Shown: piece after piece, positions 1 through 9,327 of the stretch | How positions within the stretch are numbered: position 1 is the stretch's first letter | How the letters are laid out: the number at the start of each line of letters is the position of its first letter | Assembly: GCA_030592355.1 (NCBI GenBank) | Contig: JAUVJE010000001.1 | Coordinates: forward strand, 1-35,921 | DNA from: Clostridia bacterium | GTDB taxonomy: Bacteria; Bacillota; Clostridia; DUPQ01 | DNA: 35,921 bases | Direction of reading: 5' to 3' | Notes under the pieces: generated by a model | What the model was told of the DNA's origin: nothing | The model's input: only the letters and a program-made list of their open reading frames with translations | Database searches by the model: none | Position numbers and translations under genes: made by a program

Positions 1-1
1 T

Positions 2-77
2 TGGTGGGCGCAATAGGGCTCGAACCTATGACCCCCTGCTTGTAAGGCAGGTGCTCTCCCAGCTGAGCTATGCGCCC
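2..77 (-). tRNA. tRNA-Val (anticodon TAC), CCA encoded
   Basis: The reverse complement of 2-77 folds as a 76-nt cloverleaf. Acceptor stem is GGGCGCA/TGCGCCC and D stem is GCTC/GAGC. Anticodon stem is CCTGC/GCAGG with loop CTTACAA, giving anticodon TAC. T arm is ATAGG-TTCGAGC-CCTAT, followed by discriminator A and CCA. Confidence 0.95.
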
Positions 78-101
78 CCAATGCCGAAAACGGCAAAAAA
101 A

Positions 102-130
102 AGTATATAAAAATTACATCTAAAAGTCAA
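102..130 (-). promoter_or_regulatory. Sigma-A-type promoter upstream of tRNA-Val
   Basis: The minus strand reads TTGACT (130-125), an exact 17-nt spacer, then TATACT (107-102). This lies about 25 nt upstream of the mature tRNA 5' end. Confidence 0.5.
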
Positions 131-214
131 TACAAAATTGACATTAACGGTAATATGGAGCGTTTTTCCCATATATAAACCGCGTTGCAAGGATATGGAA
201 TATACCTGATGGTA

Positions 215-1084
215 CTAATTTTTTAGGATACCCTTTATTTCACTGCTACTGAATTTATATTTTTTCATACAGAAGTGACATAAGGTTTCGACTTCTTCCT
301 GTTTATTAATAATCCTATTAATTTCCTCCCTGCCCAGACTAAGAACCCCTCTTAGCATTGCATCCCTTGAACAACCGCAGTTATATGATACCTCCTTTTT
401 CTCTGTAATCTTAATATTTTCATTACCAAGCATGAATTTTAGCATTTCCTCCGGCGACCCTGTTTGTTCAATTAATTTAGAAGCAGAGCCGGCTTTCCTC
501 AATTTGCTTTCAATAAAGACAACAGTTTCATCTTTAGCCCCCGGCATAAGCTGTATTATCATTCCTGCCGCGCTTTTTACAGCAACATCCGGCTTAAGCT
601 TAACTCCCAGTGCAACCAACGATGGAATTTGTTCGGAATATGTATAATAAAATGCCAGATCGTCTCCAATTTCCCCACTCTGCAATGGAACTGTTCCGGA
701 GTAAGGCTCTTTAAGCCCCATATCTTTTACAATAGTCATGAATCCCGGCATCAGACACGGACCTACGCCTAGCAATGCATCTTCTCCATATGTAGAATAA
801 TCATTGTTTGATATATATCCTTTAAGCATTCCTTTGCCTGAACTCACAGCGACCAATCCACCCATGGGACCTTCTCCCTTAATTTTTAAGGTTATGATTT
901 CGTCTTCTCCCTTGGTCATTTCCCTCATCATCGCAACAGCTGCAAGAGCGCGTCCCAAAGCCGTAGCAGCCAACGGATTCAAATTATGAAATCCCATGGC
1001 CGTTTGCAGGGTTTCTTTGATGTTTACCGCAAACGCCCTCACTGTATTATTGAATGCCAATGCCCTTACGATACTGTCCCCCAT
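215..1084 (-). CDS. hslO: Hsp33 redox-regulated chaperone
   Basis: The length and C-terminal zinc centre (CGCSRD ... CHFCMKKY, i.e. CXC...CXXC) are typical of Hsp33. The ATG at 1084 overlaps the upstream stop as ATGA, so I prefer it to the track start at 1102. Confidence 0.9.
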   Translation of the reverse strand: MGDSIVRALAFNNTVRAFAVNIKETLQTAMGFHNLNPLAATALGRALAAVAMMREMTKGEDEIITLKIKGEGPMGGLVAVSSGKGMLKGYISNNDYSTYGEDALLGVGPCLMPGFMTIVKDMGLKEPYSGTVPLQSGEIGDDLAFYYTYSEQIPSLVALGVKLKPDVAVKSAAGMIIQLMPGAKDETVVFIESKLRKAGSASKLIEQTGSPEEMLKFMLGNENIKITEKKEVSYNCGCSRDAMLRGVLSLGREEINRIINKQEEVETLCHFCMKKYKFSSSEIKGILKN

Positions 1085-1818
1085 CAGCTTTTCCGCCTGC
1101 ATACAAAGAAGATTCTTTCGGTTTTGCCAGATAGTTTTTCAAAAGATCCGTCATCATATATGGCTTCAATGATAAAACCTGATTTTTCCAACAAATCGGA
1201 TAAATATTCAACGCTATACACTTTTTCTCTGTTTACAGTGTCAAATCTCCTATACAATTCCCCTTCTTGCTTAAAGAAAGTCATATCCATCGTACAGATT
1301 CCCGTTGTTGTGTTAAAATCGTTCTGCCAAATATACGAGAAATCACCGTCCACTGAATAGAACACATTGTTCCCATAAATATATCTGAACTTATATTCGC
1401 TGTTTATATCAAAAACAAATAACCCGTCTGCTTCTGTGTAGTTGAATATAAGCCTGAAATACTTTTCGAGCAAAGTCTTGTCAAGAATATGATTTACGCA
1501 ATCAAGCAGGCTGACAGAGGCATCATATGTACCGAATAAATCAAGTTCCGTTACATTCTGGTTTATCCAAAGAATACCCGGTCCCCTTTTTCCAAATGCA
1601 ACAGAAAGCATTTGGGCAGATGCATCAATTCCTGTCATATCATAACCCTTTTCAGCCAGGGCTAATGTCAGTCCTCCGGTACCGCATCCCAGGTCCATCA
1701 CACTATGTGGTTTCTTTTTAGCATGCTTATCAAATATAGCGGTAAAATATTCCGCATACTTATTATAATCAATGTCCGTAGTAAGCCTGTCGTAAAAACC
1801 TGCCGTATTTTTATACAT
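1084..1818 (-). CDS. Class I SAM-dependent methyltransferase
   Basis: Motif I VMDLGCGTGGLT is present near the N-terminus. The ORF is 244 aa and is translationally coupled to hslO. The substrate is unknown. Confidence 0.8.
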   Translation of the reverse strand: MYKNTAGFYDRLTTDIDYNKYAEYFTAIFDKHAKKKPHSVMDLGCGTGGLTLALAEKGYDMTGIDASAQMLSVAFGKRGPGILWINQNVTELDLFGTYDASVSLLDCVNHILDKTLLEKYFRLIFNYTEADGLFVFDINSEYKFRYIYGNNVFYSVDGDFSYIWQNDFNTTTGICTMDMTFFKQEGELYRRFDTVNREKVYSVEYLSDLLEKSGFIIEAIYDDGSFEKLSGKTERIFFVCRRKS

Positions 1819-1830
1819 GGAAACCTCCGC

Positions 1831-3054
1831 TTAGTCGTAAGCGCCTAATTCCTCCATGGCTCTTTGCAATTGAATATCCTCTTCAAACGGAATCGCAGAA
1901 ACAGGCATTCTTTTGAATTCGTCCGCCACTTCTATTTCAATGTCAGGAATAATTCCGATGTCTTGTATACACACATCTGAAGGCGTATAATATTTTGCAA
2001 TTGTAATTCGAAGCCCCGAACCATCTTCCAGTTCATATATGCCCTGCACAAGACCTTTTCCATATGTAACAGTACCAATTACCGTTGCAAGGCCATTGTC
2101 TCTGAGGGCCCCTGCAAGCATCTCGCTGGCACTGGCACTGTACTCGTTTACCAATATTGCGATCGGGAGATCGACTCCGCCCCTTGTCGCTTTGTAATTT
2201 TTTCTGTCTTCATTCCTATCTATGGTATATGTTATTATCCCTTTTTCCATAATCATATCCGCAATACTTAGAATTGCACCCAGGCTGCCCCCGGGATTAT
2301 CTCTTAGATCGATTATAACCGAATCCATTCCGGCTATCCCGATTTCATTAAATATCTCCGCAAATTCTGTAGGCGAATCCTGAGAAAATGATCTGATTTT
2401 TATATATCCCGTGTTGCCTTCCAGCATTTCTCCTACAACTTCAATACTATTTACCAATCTGCGGTTTATTCTAAATACCAGATTTTCCACTTCGCCTTCC
2501 CGCATAACCTCAATTTCAACATCAGTCCCCACATCGCCTCTGACAATGCTCGCTACAAAGTTTAGATCGTTGGAATATGAAACATCATATTCATTAACAC
2601 GCACTACCCTGTCTCCGGCAAGTATGCCGATTTCATGAGCAGGTCCAAGTTCATTTACGTCAAGAATTAAAATTCCCAATCCTTCGTTGGGCACGGTTAT
2701 GGTAACGCCGATTCCCGAATACTCGCCTTCTGAGTCAGCGGTCATCAATTTCCAATCCTCTTTATTTACATACCTTGTATACGGGTCGCCGAAGGATGAA
2801 GCCATTCCTGCGATTGCGCCTTCGAGCAATATGTTTTCATCCGTATACTCTAAAAATTTATTCGAGAGCAGATCCCTTACCTCGTTGAATTTATCTATGT
2901 TCTCCGGATTTACCTCAGATGCATCGAAATGTATATAGTATCTATCCTGTCTATTATCAAAAATTGTCACAGCGGCAAGGGTTCCCACTACTGACAGAGC
3001 AGCCGTCATAATGACGGCAACTACTAATATTAATATTACTGATTTGGTTCTCAA
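1831..3054 (-). CDS. S41 family carboxy-terminal processing peptidase with PDZ domain (CtpA/CtpB-like)
   Basis: There is an N-terminal membrane anchor and a PDZ-like segment (GIGV...PAHEIGILAGDRVVRVN). The S41 Ser/Lys region is present (NEYSASASEMLAGAL ... YGKGLVQ). It uses a TTG start with GGAGA 7 nt upstream. Confidence 0.9.
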   Translation of the reverse strand: MRTKSVILILVVAVIMTAALSVVGTLAAVTIFDNRQDRYYIHFDASEVNPENIDKFNEVRDLLSNKFLEYTDENILLEGAIAGMASSFGDPYTRYVNKEDWKLMTADSEGEYSGIGVTITVPNEGLGILILDVNELGPAHEIGILAGDRVVRVNEYDVSYSNDLNFVASIVRGDVGTDVEIEVMREGEVENLVFRINRRLVNSIEVVGEMLEGNTGYIKIRSFSQDSPTEFAEIFNEIGIAGMDSVIIDLRDNPGGSLGAILSIADMIMEKGIITYTIDRNEDRKNYKATRGGVDLPIAILVNEYSASASEMLAGALRDNGLATVIGTVTYGKGLVQGIYELEDGSGLRITIAKYYTPSDVCIQDIGIIPDIEIEVADEFKRMPVSAIPFEEDIQLQRAMEELGAYD

Positions 3055-3112
3055 ATTAAATCTCCTATCTTTCTAATCCACATATACTGTATACCCATAG
3101 CCAAATTGTTGC

Positions 3113-3149
3113 AAAAAAACGACCGGGCAGATATTCACATATTACCCAG
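3113..3149 (-). terminator. Rho-independent terminator after the M23 peptidase gene
   Basis: The minus-strand RNA forms an approximately 11-bp stem: CTGGGTAATAT-GTGA-ATAT(C)TGCCCGG, with one bulge and two G-U pairs. It is followed by TCGTTTTTTTGC. It lies 19 nt downstream of the stop at 3168. Confidence 0.6.
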
Positions 3150-3167
3150 CGGAATTTTTACCAAACA

Positions 3168-4307
3168 TCAGGTGCCGCTCTTTTGATTCACATATTCAAG
3201 CGGATCTATCTTCACGCCATCAACAACGACTTCAAAGTGAAGATGAGGACCCGTTGACCATCCTGTACTCCCTATAAGAGCAATAACTTCCCCTTTATCA
3301 ACATGCTGACCTTTTTTCACCAGTATTTTAGATGCATGGGCATAAAGCGTGGCAATGCCCCCTCCATGGTCTATTACAACTCTATTGCCATATCCTGTGG
3401 AATAACCTGTAATTATCACCGTGCCTGAATTGGCAGCGATAATATTTGCTCCTGTACGGGCGCCTATATCAATGCCATTGTGCATACGCCATTCATAGAA
3501 TATCGGATGGAACCTCATGCCGAAGAAATCCCCGGGATCCAAAGCCCCTCTGTTTGCAGGCACCGGCCATATCATATCTCCGCCCGAATATTCCATTTCC
3601 TGCTGCATTTGACGTATTGCATCAAGCATATCCTTTGACTCTCTCTCCAGGTCATCTTCTCTTTTTTGCAGGAATGCTATTTGTTCCGCACTCATTTTAG
3701 CGGTTTTATCTGCTTTATCCTGAATGATATTCAGGTTTCCGATTGCTATTTGTGTGAAATTCAACGCAACTTCATAATCAATCTTCAACGCTTCGGCCCT
3801 GGCTTTTTTTTCAGCCAGGTCTATCTGCAACATGCCTATTTCTTCAACCAGCTCTTCATCATGCCTGGCGATATATTTTCTTATTTCCAATTTTTCATAA
3901 AAATCCGCTATGCTTTTTGACTCAGAAAGTATTGTAAGGAGATTGACCTTAGAATCTATATATCCGTCCAGAATCCTTTTCTTAAGAAGATTAAGCTTTT
4001 CATAATACTGAAACTCAGTTTCTGAAATATCTTCTATAAAACCATTAATCTCTTCTTCAAGTGCTTTAATTACTCCTTCTTTTTCAAGAAGACCCTTGTT
4101 TTGTTCAATCAGACTTTCATCAATCTGACTCGAAATACCCTCATAATATGATTTACTGTCCTGATATTCTTCCTTTTGATTTATGGTTTCTTCCAATTCC
4201 CGGTCTACCCAGTCTTTGCTCTGCTGCATGTCATAAATATTGTTTGCAAAAACAGACGATGAAAAGATAAGCGACACAATCAATAAAATTAATAAAACTT
4301 TTTTCAT
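3168..4307 (-). CDS. Secreted coiled-coil M23 (LytM) peptidoglycan endopeptidase, likely FtsEX partner
   Basis: There is a signal peptide (MKKVLLILLIVSLIFSSSVFA) and a long Glu/Lys-rich coiled-coil region. The C-terminal M23 domain has both metal motifs intact: HNGID (HxxxD) and HLHFE (HxH). AGGAGG lies 7 nt upstream of the ATG. Confidence 0.85.
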   Translation of the reverse strand: MKKVLLILLIVSLIFSSSVFANNIYDMQQSKDWVDRELEETINQKEEYQDSKSYYEGISSQIDESLIEQNKGLLEKEGVIKALEEEINGFIEDISETEFQYYEKLNLLKKRILDGYIDSKVNLLTILSESKSIADFYEKLEIRKYIARHDEELVEEIGMLQIDLAEKKARAEALKIDYEVALNFTQIAIGNLNIIQDKADKTAKMSAEQIAFLQKREDDLERESKDMLDAIRQMQQEMEYSGGDMIWPVPANRGALDPGDFFGMRFHPIFYEWRMHNGIDIGARTGANIIAANSGTVIITGYSTGYGNRVVIDHGGGIATLYAHASKILVKKGQHVDKGEVIALIGSTGWSTGPHLHFEVVVDGVKIDPLEYVNQKSGT

Positions 4308-4318
4308 TTGTATTCCTC

Positions 4319-5197
4319 CTAAACCCTGAGATTTTTACGTATGGCTATGAAACTCCCAAAAGTCCCCAGCATTATTCCAAGTGTAAAAAATGAAAATAAC
4401 ACTACAAGAACGGTTTCTTTAACTCCAATAAGACGAAGTCCCGAGATGAAAACTTCTTCAGTTCCTTTTGTAATGAACCAATTAAAGATTTGATTGTATA
4501 TATAACTGACAAGCAACACTGCCAATATTGCTCCCGTAAAACCTATTGTAACGCCTTCAAGCATAAACGGCAGCCTTATCCTGCTTTCAGTGGCACCTAT
4601 ATATTTCATTATAATGACCTCGTCTACCCTGCTTGCCATTGCAAGGCGAACAGTATTGGATATTAAGAATAGAGACAATGTTCCCAGCAGAATCGCAAGT
4701 CCGCCTGAAACAATATTTACCCATCTTGAAAGCGATAACGCAAATTCAAACGATTCTGTGTGATAATCCACCGTGTAAACGTCCGGCAATCCTTCTGCGA
4801 ATAAAACAAAATCCTTAAGGACGGCATCATCTTTCAAACGCACGGTATATGACGCCGGCAGTATTTCAGGCCCCAGGGATGCAAGCATTTCTTCGTCATA
4901 AATTTCTTTCGCTTTTTCAAAAGCCTGCTCATTGGACTCGAATTCCAGATGTCTTATCCTATCGTCTTCCACAAGGGCTTCCCAGATTCTTTCTTCTCTG
5001 TATTCATCAGCGCCCGGCACAATAAAAATCTTGATTTCCAGCATATCATTCATATATTCGGAATTATATGATATGTTCATCAGGAATATCCCAAAAACAC
5101 CCACAAGAAGCAACATAAGAAATATTGTGAATATGCTTGTTATAGTAAGAACACGGTTTTTGTTAAGGTTTGTGATAACTTCTCCTAAAATATACAT
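4319..5197 (-). CDS. ftsX: Cell division ABC transporter permease FtsX
   Basis: The topology matches FtsX: one TM segment, a large extracytoplasmic loop, then three C-terminal TM segments. It sits directly downstream of ftsE. I chose the ATG at 5197, just past the ftsE stop (TAG, 5199-5201). ATG 5209 and the track start at 5284 are alternatives. Confidence 0.85.
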   Translation of the reverse strand: MYILGEVITNLNKNRVLTITSIFTIFLMLLLVGVFGIFLMNISYNSEYMNDMLEIKIFIVPGADEYREERIWEALVEDDRIRHLEFESNEQAFEKAKEIYDEEMLASLGPEILPASYTVRLKDDAVLKDFVLFAEGLPDVYTVDYHTESFEFALSLSRWVNIVSGGLAILLGTLSLFLISNTVRLAMASRVDEVIIMKYIGATESRIRLPFMLEGVTIGFTGAILAVLLVSYIYNQIFNWFITKGTEEVFISGLRLIGVKETVLVVLFSFFTLGIMLGTFGSFIAIRKNLRV

Positions 5198-5198
5198 C

Positions 5199-5879
5199 CT
5201 ATACCACATACCTTCCTTCGGGAATATCCCTTGTAACTCTACCTTCATCCAGTACGATGACCCTCTGCTTAAATGTGTCAACAATGCTCTTATCGTGGGT
5301 TGCGACCAATACTGTAGTGCCCATCTGGTTGATTTTATACATTAGATTCATGATTTCAAGACTGGTTCTGGGATCTAGGTTGCCTGTGGGTTCATCGGCT
5401 ATAAGCAAGTCCGGATTGTTGGCTATGGCCCTTGCGATTACTACCCTTTGCTGTTCTCCTCCGGACAATTCGCCGGGCCAGTCATTCGCCTTGTCCAGCA
5501 GACCGACCACAGCAAGCAGTTGTGGAACCATTTTTCTTATCTGACGTCCGTGGGTGTTGGTTACCCGAAGTGCGAAGGCTACATTTTGATATGCCGTTTT
5601 ATTCGGAAGCAGTTTGAAATCCTGAAACACCACTCCGATTTTTTTCCTGTAGGTTGGAATTTCATACCTGTCAACATCTCTCGTATCAAGTCCATTGACA
5701 TAAAGTTCTCCGCCGGTTGGTTCTTCTTCTTTCATGATAAGTTTTATCATGGTAGACTTGCCCGAACCACTCGGACCAATTACAAACGCAAATTCTCCTT
5801 TTTTTATGGCTAAATTGACATTCTTAAGAGCTTCAGTTCCACTTTTGTACACTTTTGTAACATTATTGAAATTTATCAT
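5199..5879 (-). CDS. ftsE: Cell division ABC transporter ATP-binding protein FtsE
   Basis: Walker A is GPSGSGKST, the ABC signature is LSGGEQQR and Walker B is LLIADEPT. The ORF is 226 aa. Confidence 0.95.
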   Translation of the reverse strand: MINFNNVTKVYKSGTEALKNVNLAIKKGEFAFVIGPSGSGKSTMIKLIMKEEEPTGGELYVNGLDTRDVDRYEIPTYRKKIGVVFQDFKLLPNKTAYQNVAFALRVTNTHGRQIRKMVPQLLAVVGLLDKANDWPGELSGGEQQRVVIARAIANNPDLLIADEPTGNLDPRTSLEIMNLMYKINQMGTTVLVATHDKSIVDTFKQRVIVLDEGRVTRDIPEGRYVV

Positions 5880-5890
5880 TTGTTCTCCGG

Positions 5891-6961
5891 TTAATCATCT
5901 TGATTTAGTTTATCTATATAGCATTTTACCATATATGCTGCTTTAAAAGAAACAGCATCATCAAAATTCCTGAGATCGAGCCCTGTGAGTTTGAGCACTT
6001 TCTCAATCCTGTAAACCAAAGTATTCCTGTGCAGATACATTTGTCTGGCTGTCTCACTGATATTGAGATTATTAGTAAAGAAACACCGTACAGTCTTTAT
6101 CATTTCGTCATCGAGCAGCTCAAAAGTTTTTTTACTGACCGTCTCTCTTAAAAAATCCTCAAGTATCCTTTTCTCGGAATTATAAATCATTTTTCCTATT
6201 CCAAGGGTGTTGAAATCAAAATTCTTGTTTTCAAATTCAAATATTGATCCAACAGATACGGCAGTAGCCGCATTCTGATATGATAAAGCCATCTGTCCAA
6301 GGTTTGACGCTATGCTTCCTATCCCGGTTTTAACCGTCACCATAAGCTCTTCTTCTATAGTATCGGCTATCTGCTTTGAATACTCCATAAAAATCTGCGA
6401 ATTTTCATCCTCGTTTAATTCCACCAGATAAGCAACCGTGTTGTTATCCATCTCCACTATAATATTACGCTCCCGGTCTGGAAATATATTGGATATCATG
6501 TCTGATACAGGATAATCGGATTCTCCGTGCTTTACGATGATAACAGCCCTGTCCGCTTCATTACGGATTTTATAAGACGATGCGTTTTCATATATTTCAT
6601 TTTCGTTTAGTTCATCATTCAGGAGCTTTTTACAGAAGAAAAATTTATTGTGTTTTTCCATCTGCTGACGTATAAAATTCTCAGTATACATTACAAGAAG
6701 TCCGAGTATTTTTTTAGACTCATCAGACGATTTCTTAATAAACAAATAATACTTATTGTGAAAATTCGGATTTATAATTGTAAAAATAAGTTCTCCTAAG
6801 TCAATTGTAGTTTTTGTCTTAAAATTTAAGTTTCCAAAACCGGGAATAGTTTTCCCTTCCATTCCTGAATCCGAACAAATAATTACTTTACCTTTTCCAT
6901 CAACCAAACCGCAATAATCATCAACTGCAGCAAGCAACTTTTTCTTTAATGTGCCAAACAA
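5891..6961 (-). CDS. CdaR/PucR family transcriptional regulator
   Basis: The C-terminal PucR-type HTH is present (ETARQMYLHRNTLVYRIEKVLKLTGLDL). The N-terminus resembles the sugar-diacid recognition domain (VDGKGKVIICSDSGMEGKTIPGF). It uses a TTG start with GGAGG 5 nt upstream. Only 11 nt separate it from ftsE. Confidence 0.75.
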   Translation of the reverse strand: MFGTLKKKLLAAVDDYCGLVDGKGKVIICSDSGMEGKTIPGFGNLNFKTKTTIDLGELIFTIINPNFHNKYYLFIKKSSDESKKILGLLVMYTENFIRQQMEKHNKFFFCKKLLNDELNENEIYENASSYKIRNEADRAVIIVKHGESDYPVSDMISNIFPDRERNIIVEMDNNTVAYLVELNEDENSQIFMEYSKQIADTIEEELMVTVKTGIGSIASNLGQMALSYQNAATAVSVGSIFEFENKNFDFNTLGIGKMIYNSEKRILEDFLRETVSKKTFELLDDEMIKTVRCFFTNNLNISETARQMYLHRNTLVYRIEKVLKLTGLDLRNFDDAVSFKAAYMVKCYIDKLNQDD

Positions 6962-7198
6962 AGCACACCTCCATATAAATATCAGATATATGATACCATA
7001 AGCCCAATTTTTTCACAAAATCACCGGGATACCCGCAGAACCAAGTGACAGGCACTCTGAATGTTATAGCAAGAAAAAGGCGCCCGCTAAGCAGTACGCC
7101 TGTTGCTTTAATTCCTGTAATTTTTGAATGTTGATGAACATCCTTCGGATAATTGTAAAAATCCCGAGTAGTCCGGAAAGCATCATCCTTAGGTCATG

Positions 7199-8326
7199 CT
7201 ATTCCTCATTGGTCATGCGGATGAAATTTTTCAACTCTTTTAACCTATTCTTTACATTAAACATTTCTGTCAGGGATATATCATAATTAAGGCGGTCAAT
7301 AACCTCGGAAATCATATCCGACATATCTACTTCGACAAACCATCGTTTTTTCCTTATTTCATCCGGTATATATGAAAGGTTTGATGAATATATCCTCCTG
7401 ATAAGCCCGTCTTCATATGCTTTGTCAAACTTTTCAACACCTTCTGTAAAGAAAGCAAAAGTGACCGCAACATAAACATCCCCGGCCTTTCTTTCTTTCG
7501 CCTGTTTTGCTATATCAAGGATGGAATCACCGGAAGACAGCATGTCGTCCACAATCAACAGGTTGCAGGCCTCGAGACTCCCCCCCATATATGAATGCTC
7601 CACAATAGGGTTTTTCCCATTGATAATTGTAGAATAATCACGCCTTTTATAAAAAATACCGACGTCAACACCAATTGCTTCTGCATAATACAGCGCTCTG
7701 CCCATTGCCCCGGCATCGGGACTGATTACCTTCAGATCCGTCGCATCGCCTTTGATTTTGGTTTTTTTGTTCATTATTATTGACGAAAGCATATCAAAGG
7801 TTGGATAGAGATTTTCAAATCCTATCAGGGGAATAGCGTTTTCGACCCTTGGTTCGTGGGCATCTACGGTGATTATATTATCTACGCCAAGAGCTCTTAG
7901 TTCCTGAAGCGCTACCGCACAGTCAAGGGACTCTCTTCCCTTTCTCTTATCCTGTCGGCCGGCATATAGCAAAGGCATGATTACATTAACCCTGCGGGCA
8001 TTTCCGCCTATGGCTGAAATTGTTCTCTTTATGCTCTGAAAATGTTCATCCGGACCCATGCGGTTTTCTGATCCGAACATATTATAGGTGCAACTGTAAT
8101 TACCGACATCGGCAAGAATAAAGATGTCCTTGCCTCTTACAGTTTCCTGCAGAACGACTTTACCTTCACCGTTTGAAAACCGGACATCATCAATTTTAAT
8201 TACAAATGTCTTTTTCTCTCCCCTGCGCTTAAAGACAAGGTCCTCGTCGACTAATTTTCCGAAGCCGTTGCTCCCTCGCAACAAAATAAGACCCAAATCG
8301 CCTTCACTTGAACTGTTCACTCTCAT
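7199..8326 (-). CDS. prs: Ribose-phosphate pyrophosphokinase, long form (375 aa)
   Basis: The PRPP-binding loop (LLIVDDMLSSGDSIL), the RQDKR flexible loop and RFSNGE are present. Compared with approximately 315-aa class I Prs, there are extra segments near the N-terminus and after the first conserved block. Confidence 0.85.
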   Translation of the reverse strand: MRVNSSSEGDLGLILLRGSNGFGKLVDEDLVFKRRGEKKTFVIKIDDVRFSNGEGKVVLQETVRGKDIFILADVGNYSCTYNMFGSENRMGPDEHFQSIKRTISAIGGNARRVNVIMPLLYAGRQDKRKGRESLDCAVALQELRALGVDNIITVDAHEPRVENAIPLIGFENLYPTFDMLSSIIMNKKTKIKGDATDLKVISPDAGAMGRALYYAEAIGVDVGIFYKRRDYSTIINGKNPIVEHSYMGGSLEACNLLIVDDMLSSGDSILDIAKQAKERKAGDVYVAVTFAFFTEGVEKFDKAYEDGLIRRIYSSNLSYIPDEIRKKRWFVEVDMSDMISEVIDRLNYDISLTEMFNVKNRLKELKNFIRMTNEE

Positions 8327-8394
8327 TATGTGCTCCCCCTGTGAAACAATTATACCAAAGAATAGTTGGCCCGTGTATTAAATCAAACAATTTT

Positions 8395-9318
8395 TTAAGG
8401 TTTTTCAGTTCTTTTTCTATTTGTTTTTTCTATCCAGCCGTCTTTGTTCGTCTGCCGGCTCCTGGCTATGGCAAGAGACCCTTCCACCACATTGTCTGTG
8501 ATAGTCGAACCTGCTGCAATATACGTGTTTTTCTCTACCTCAACGGGTGCTATCAGCGTCGTATTACAACCGATAAACGCATTGTCACCAATAATCGTTT
8601 TGCTTTTGACTTTACCGTCATAGTTAGCGGTTATAACCCCGCATGATATATTGCAGTTTTTCCCCACATGCGAATCGCCGACATATGCCAGGTGCGGGAT
8701 GACGGTTTTGTCTTTTATCGTGGATTTTTTAACTTCTGCAAAAGCTCCTACTTTTACCCTGTTTCCCAGGATATTGTCCGGGCGGATATGTGCAAATGGT
8801 CCGATTTTGCATTCATCTCCCAATTCACTTCCCCTTACCACCGATTTAACAACTTCGCAATTATCGCCTATTACGCTGTCTTCAATTATCGAATCAGGCC
8901 CCAGAACACAGTTGCTGCCGATTTCACAAACGCCTGAAATATATGTGTTTGGATAAATTATAGTTCCCCTGCCTATCCTGATGTTCACATCAATATATGA
9001 GTCTTCAATACTTAGAAGCCTGACGCCTTCATTCACAAGAGCACTATTTACCTCAAGCCTTACAGCATTAATCGCATCGTGGAATTGAAGCCCTGTGTGA
9101 ATTTCTTCCATCATCTCCGATGCAGAACCCGGCCCCTTTTCAAGAATATATGAATCCAGATAAAACATATCATTGTAAAAAACATTATCAGCCTCACGTG
9201 AATACTCATGCCCCGCTGCTGCCAGTTTTCTATTTAGATGTTCCTTGGGTGTCATTCCCATGATTTTCTCGTCTGCAAATTTCTCGAAATATTTTCTTGT
9301 CTCAACCCTGTACTTCAT
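8395..9318 (-). CDS. GlmU-like left-handed beta-helix acetyltransferase lacking the N-terminal uridyltransferase domain
   Basis: Residues from about 100 to 300 match the GlmU C-terminal half: GPFAHIRPD, HLAYVGDSHVGKNCNISCGVITANYDGKVKSKTIIGDNAFIGCNTTLIAPVEV, AAGSTIT. There is no LAAGxGTRM-type nucleotidyltransferase loop. Only 9 nt separate it from the upstream gene. Confidence 0.8.
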   Translation of the reverse strand: MKYRVETRKYFEKFADEKIMGMTPKEHLNRKLAAAGHEYSREADNVFYNDMFYLDSYILEKGPGSASEMMEEIHTGLQFHDAINAVRLEVNSALVNEGVRLLSIEDSYIDVNIRIGRGTIIYPNTYISGVCEIGSNCVLGPDSIIEDSVIGDNCEVVKSVVRGSELGDECKIGPFAHIRPDNILGNRVKVGAFAEVKKSTIKDKTVIPHLAYVGDSHVGKNCNISCGVITANYDGKVKSKTIIGDNAFIGCNTTLIAPVEVEKNTYIAAGSTITDNVVEGSLAIARSRQTNKDGWIEKTNRKRTEKP

Positions 9319-9327
9319 TCATATACC

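Noticed and set aside
4932-5813. Long plus-strand ORFs inside ftsX/ftsE (137, 121 and 95 aa). Similar antisense ORFs occur inside the isomerase (148 and 169 aa), prs/glmU-like (112 and 101 aa), the SLH/CAP gene (134 aa) and glgP (121 and 98 aa).
   Set aside because: These are shadow frames opposite strongly supported genes. Their translations are low-complexity and rich in Ser, Pro and Leu. They have no RBS and no recognisable motifs.
7074-7101. A possible terminator after prs (AGGCG-14 nt-CGCCT followed by TTTTTCTTG on the minus strand).
   Set aside because: It has only a 5-bp stem with a 14-nt loop. That is too weak to call, even though the T-tract is suggestive.
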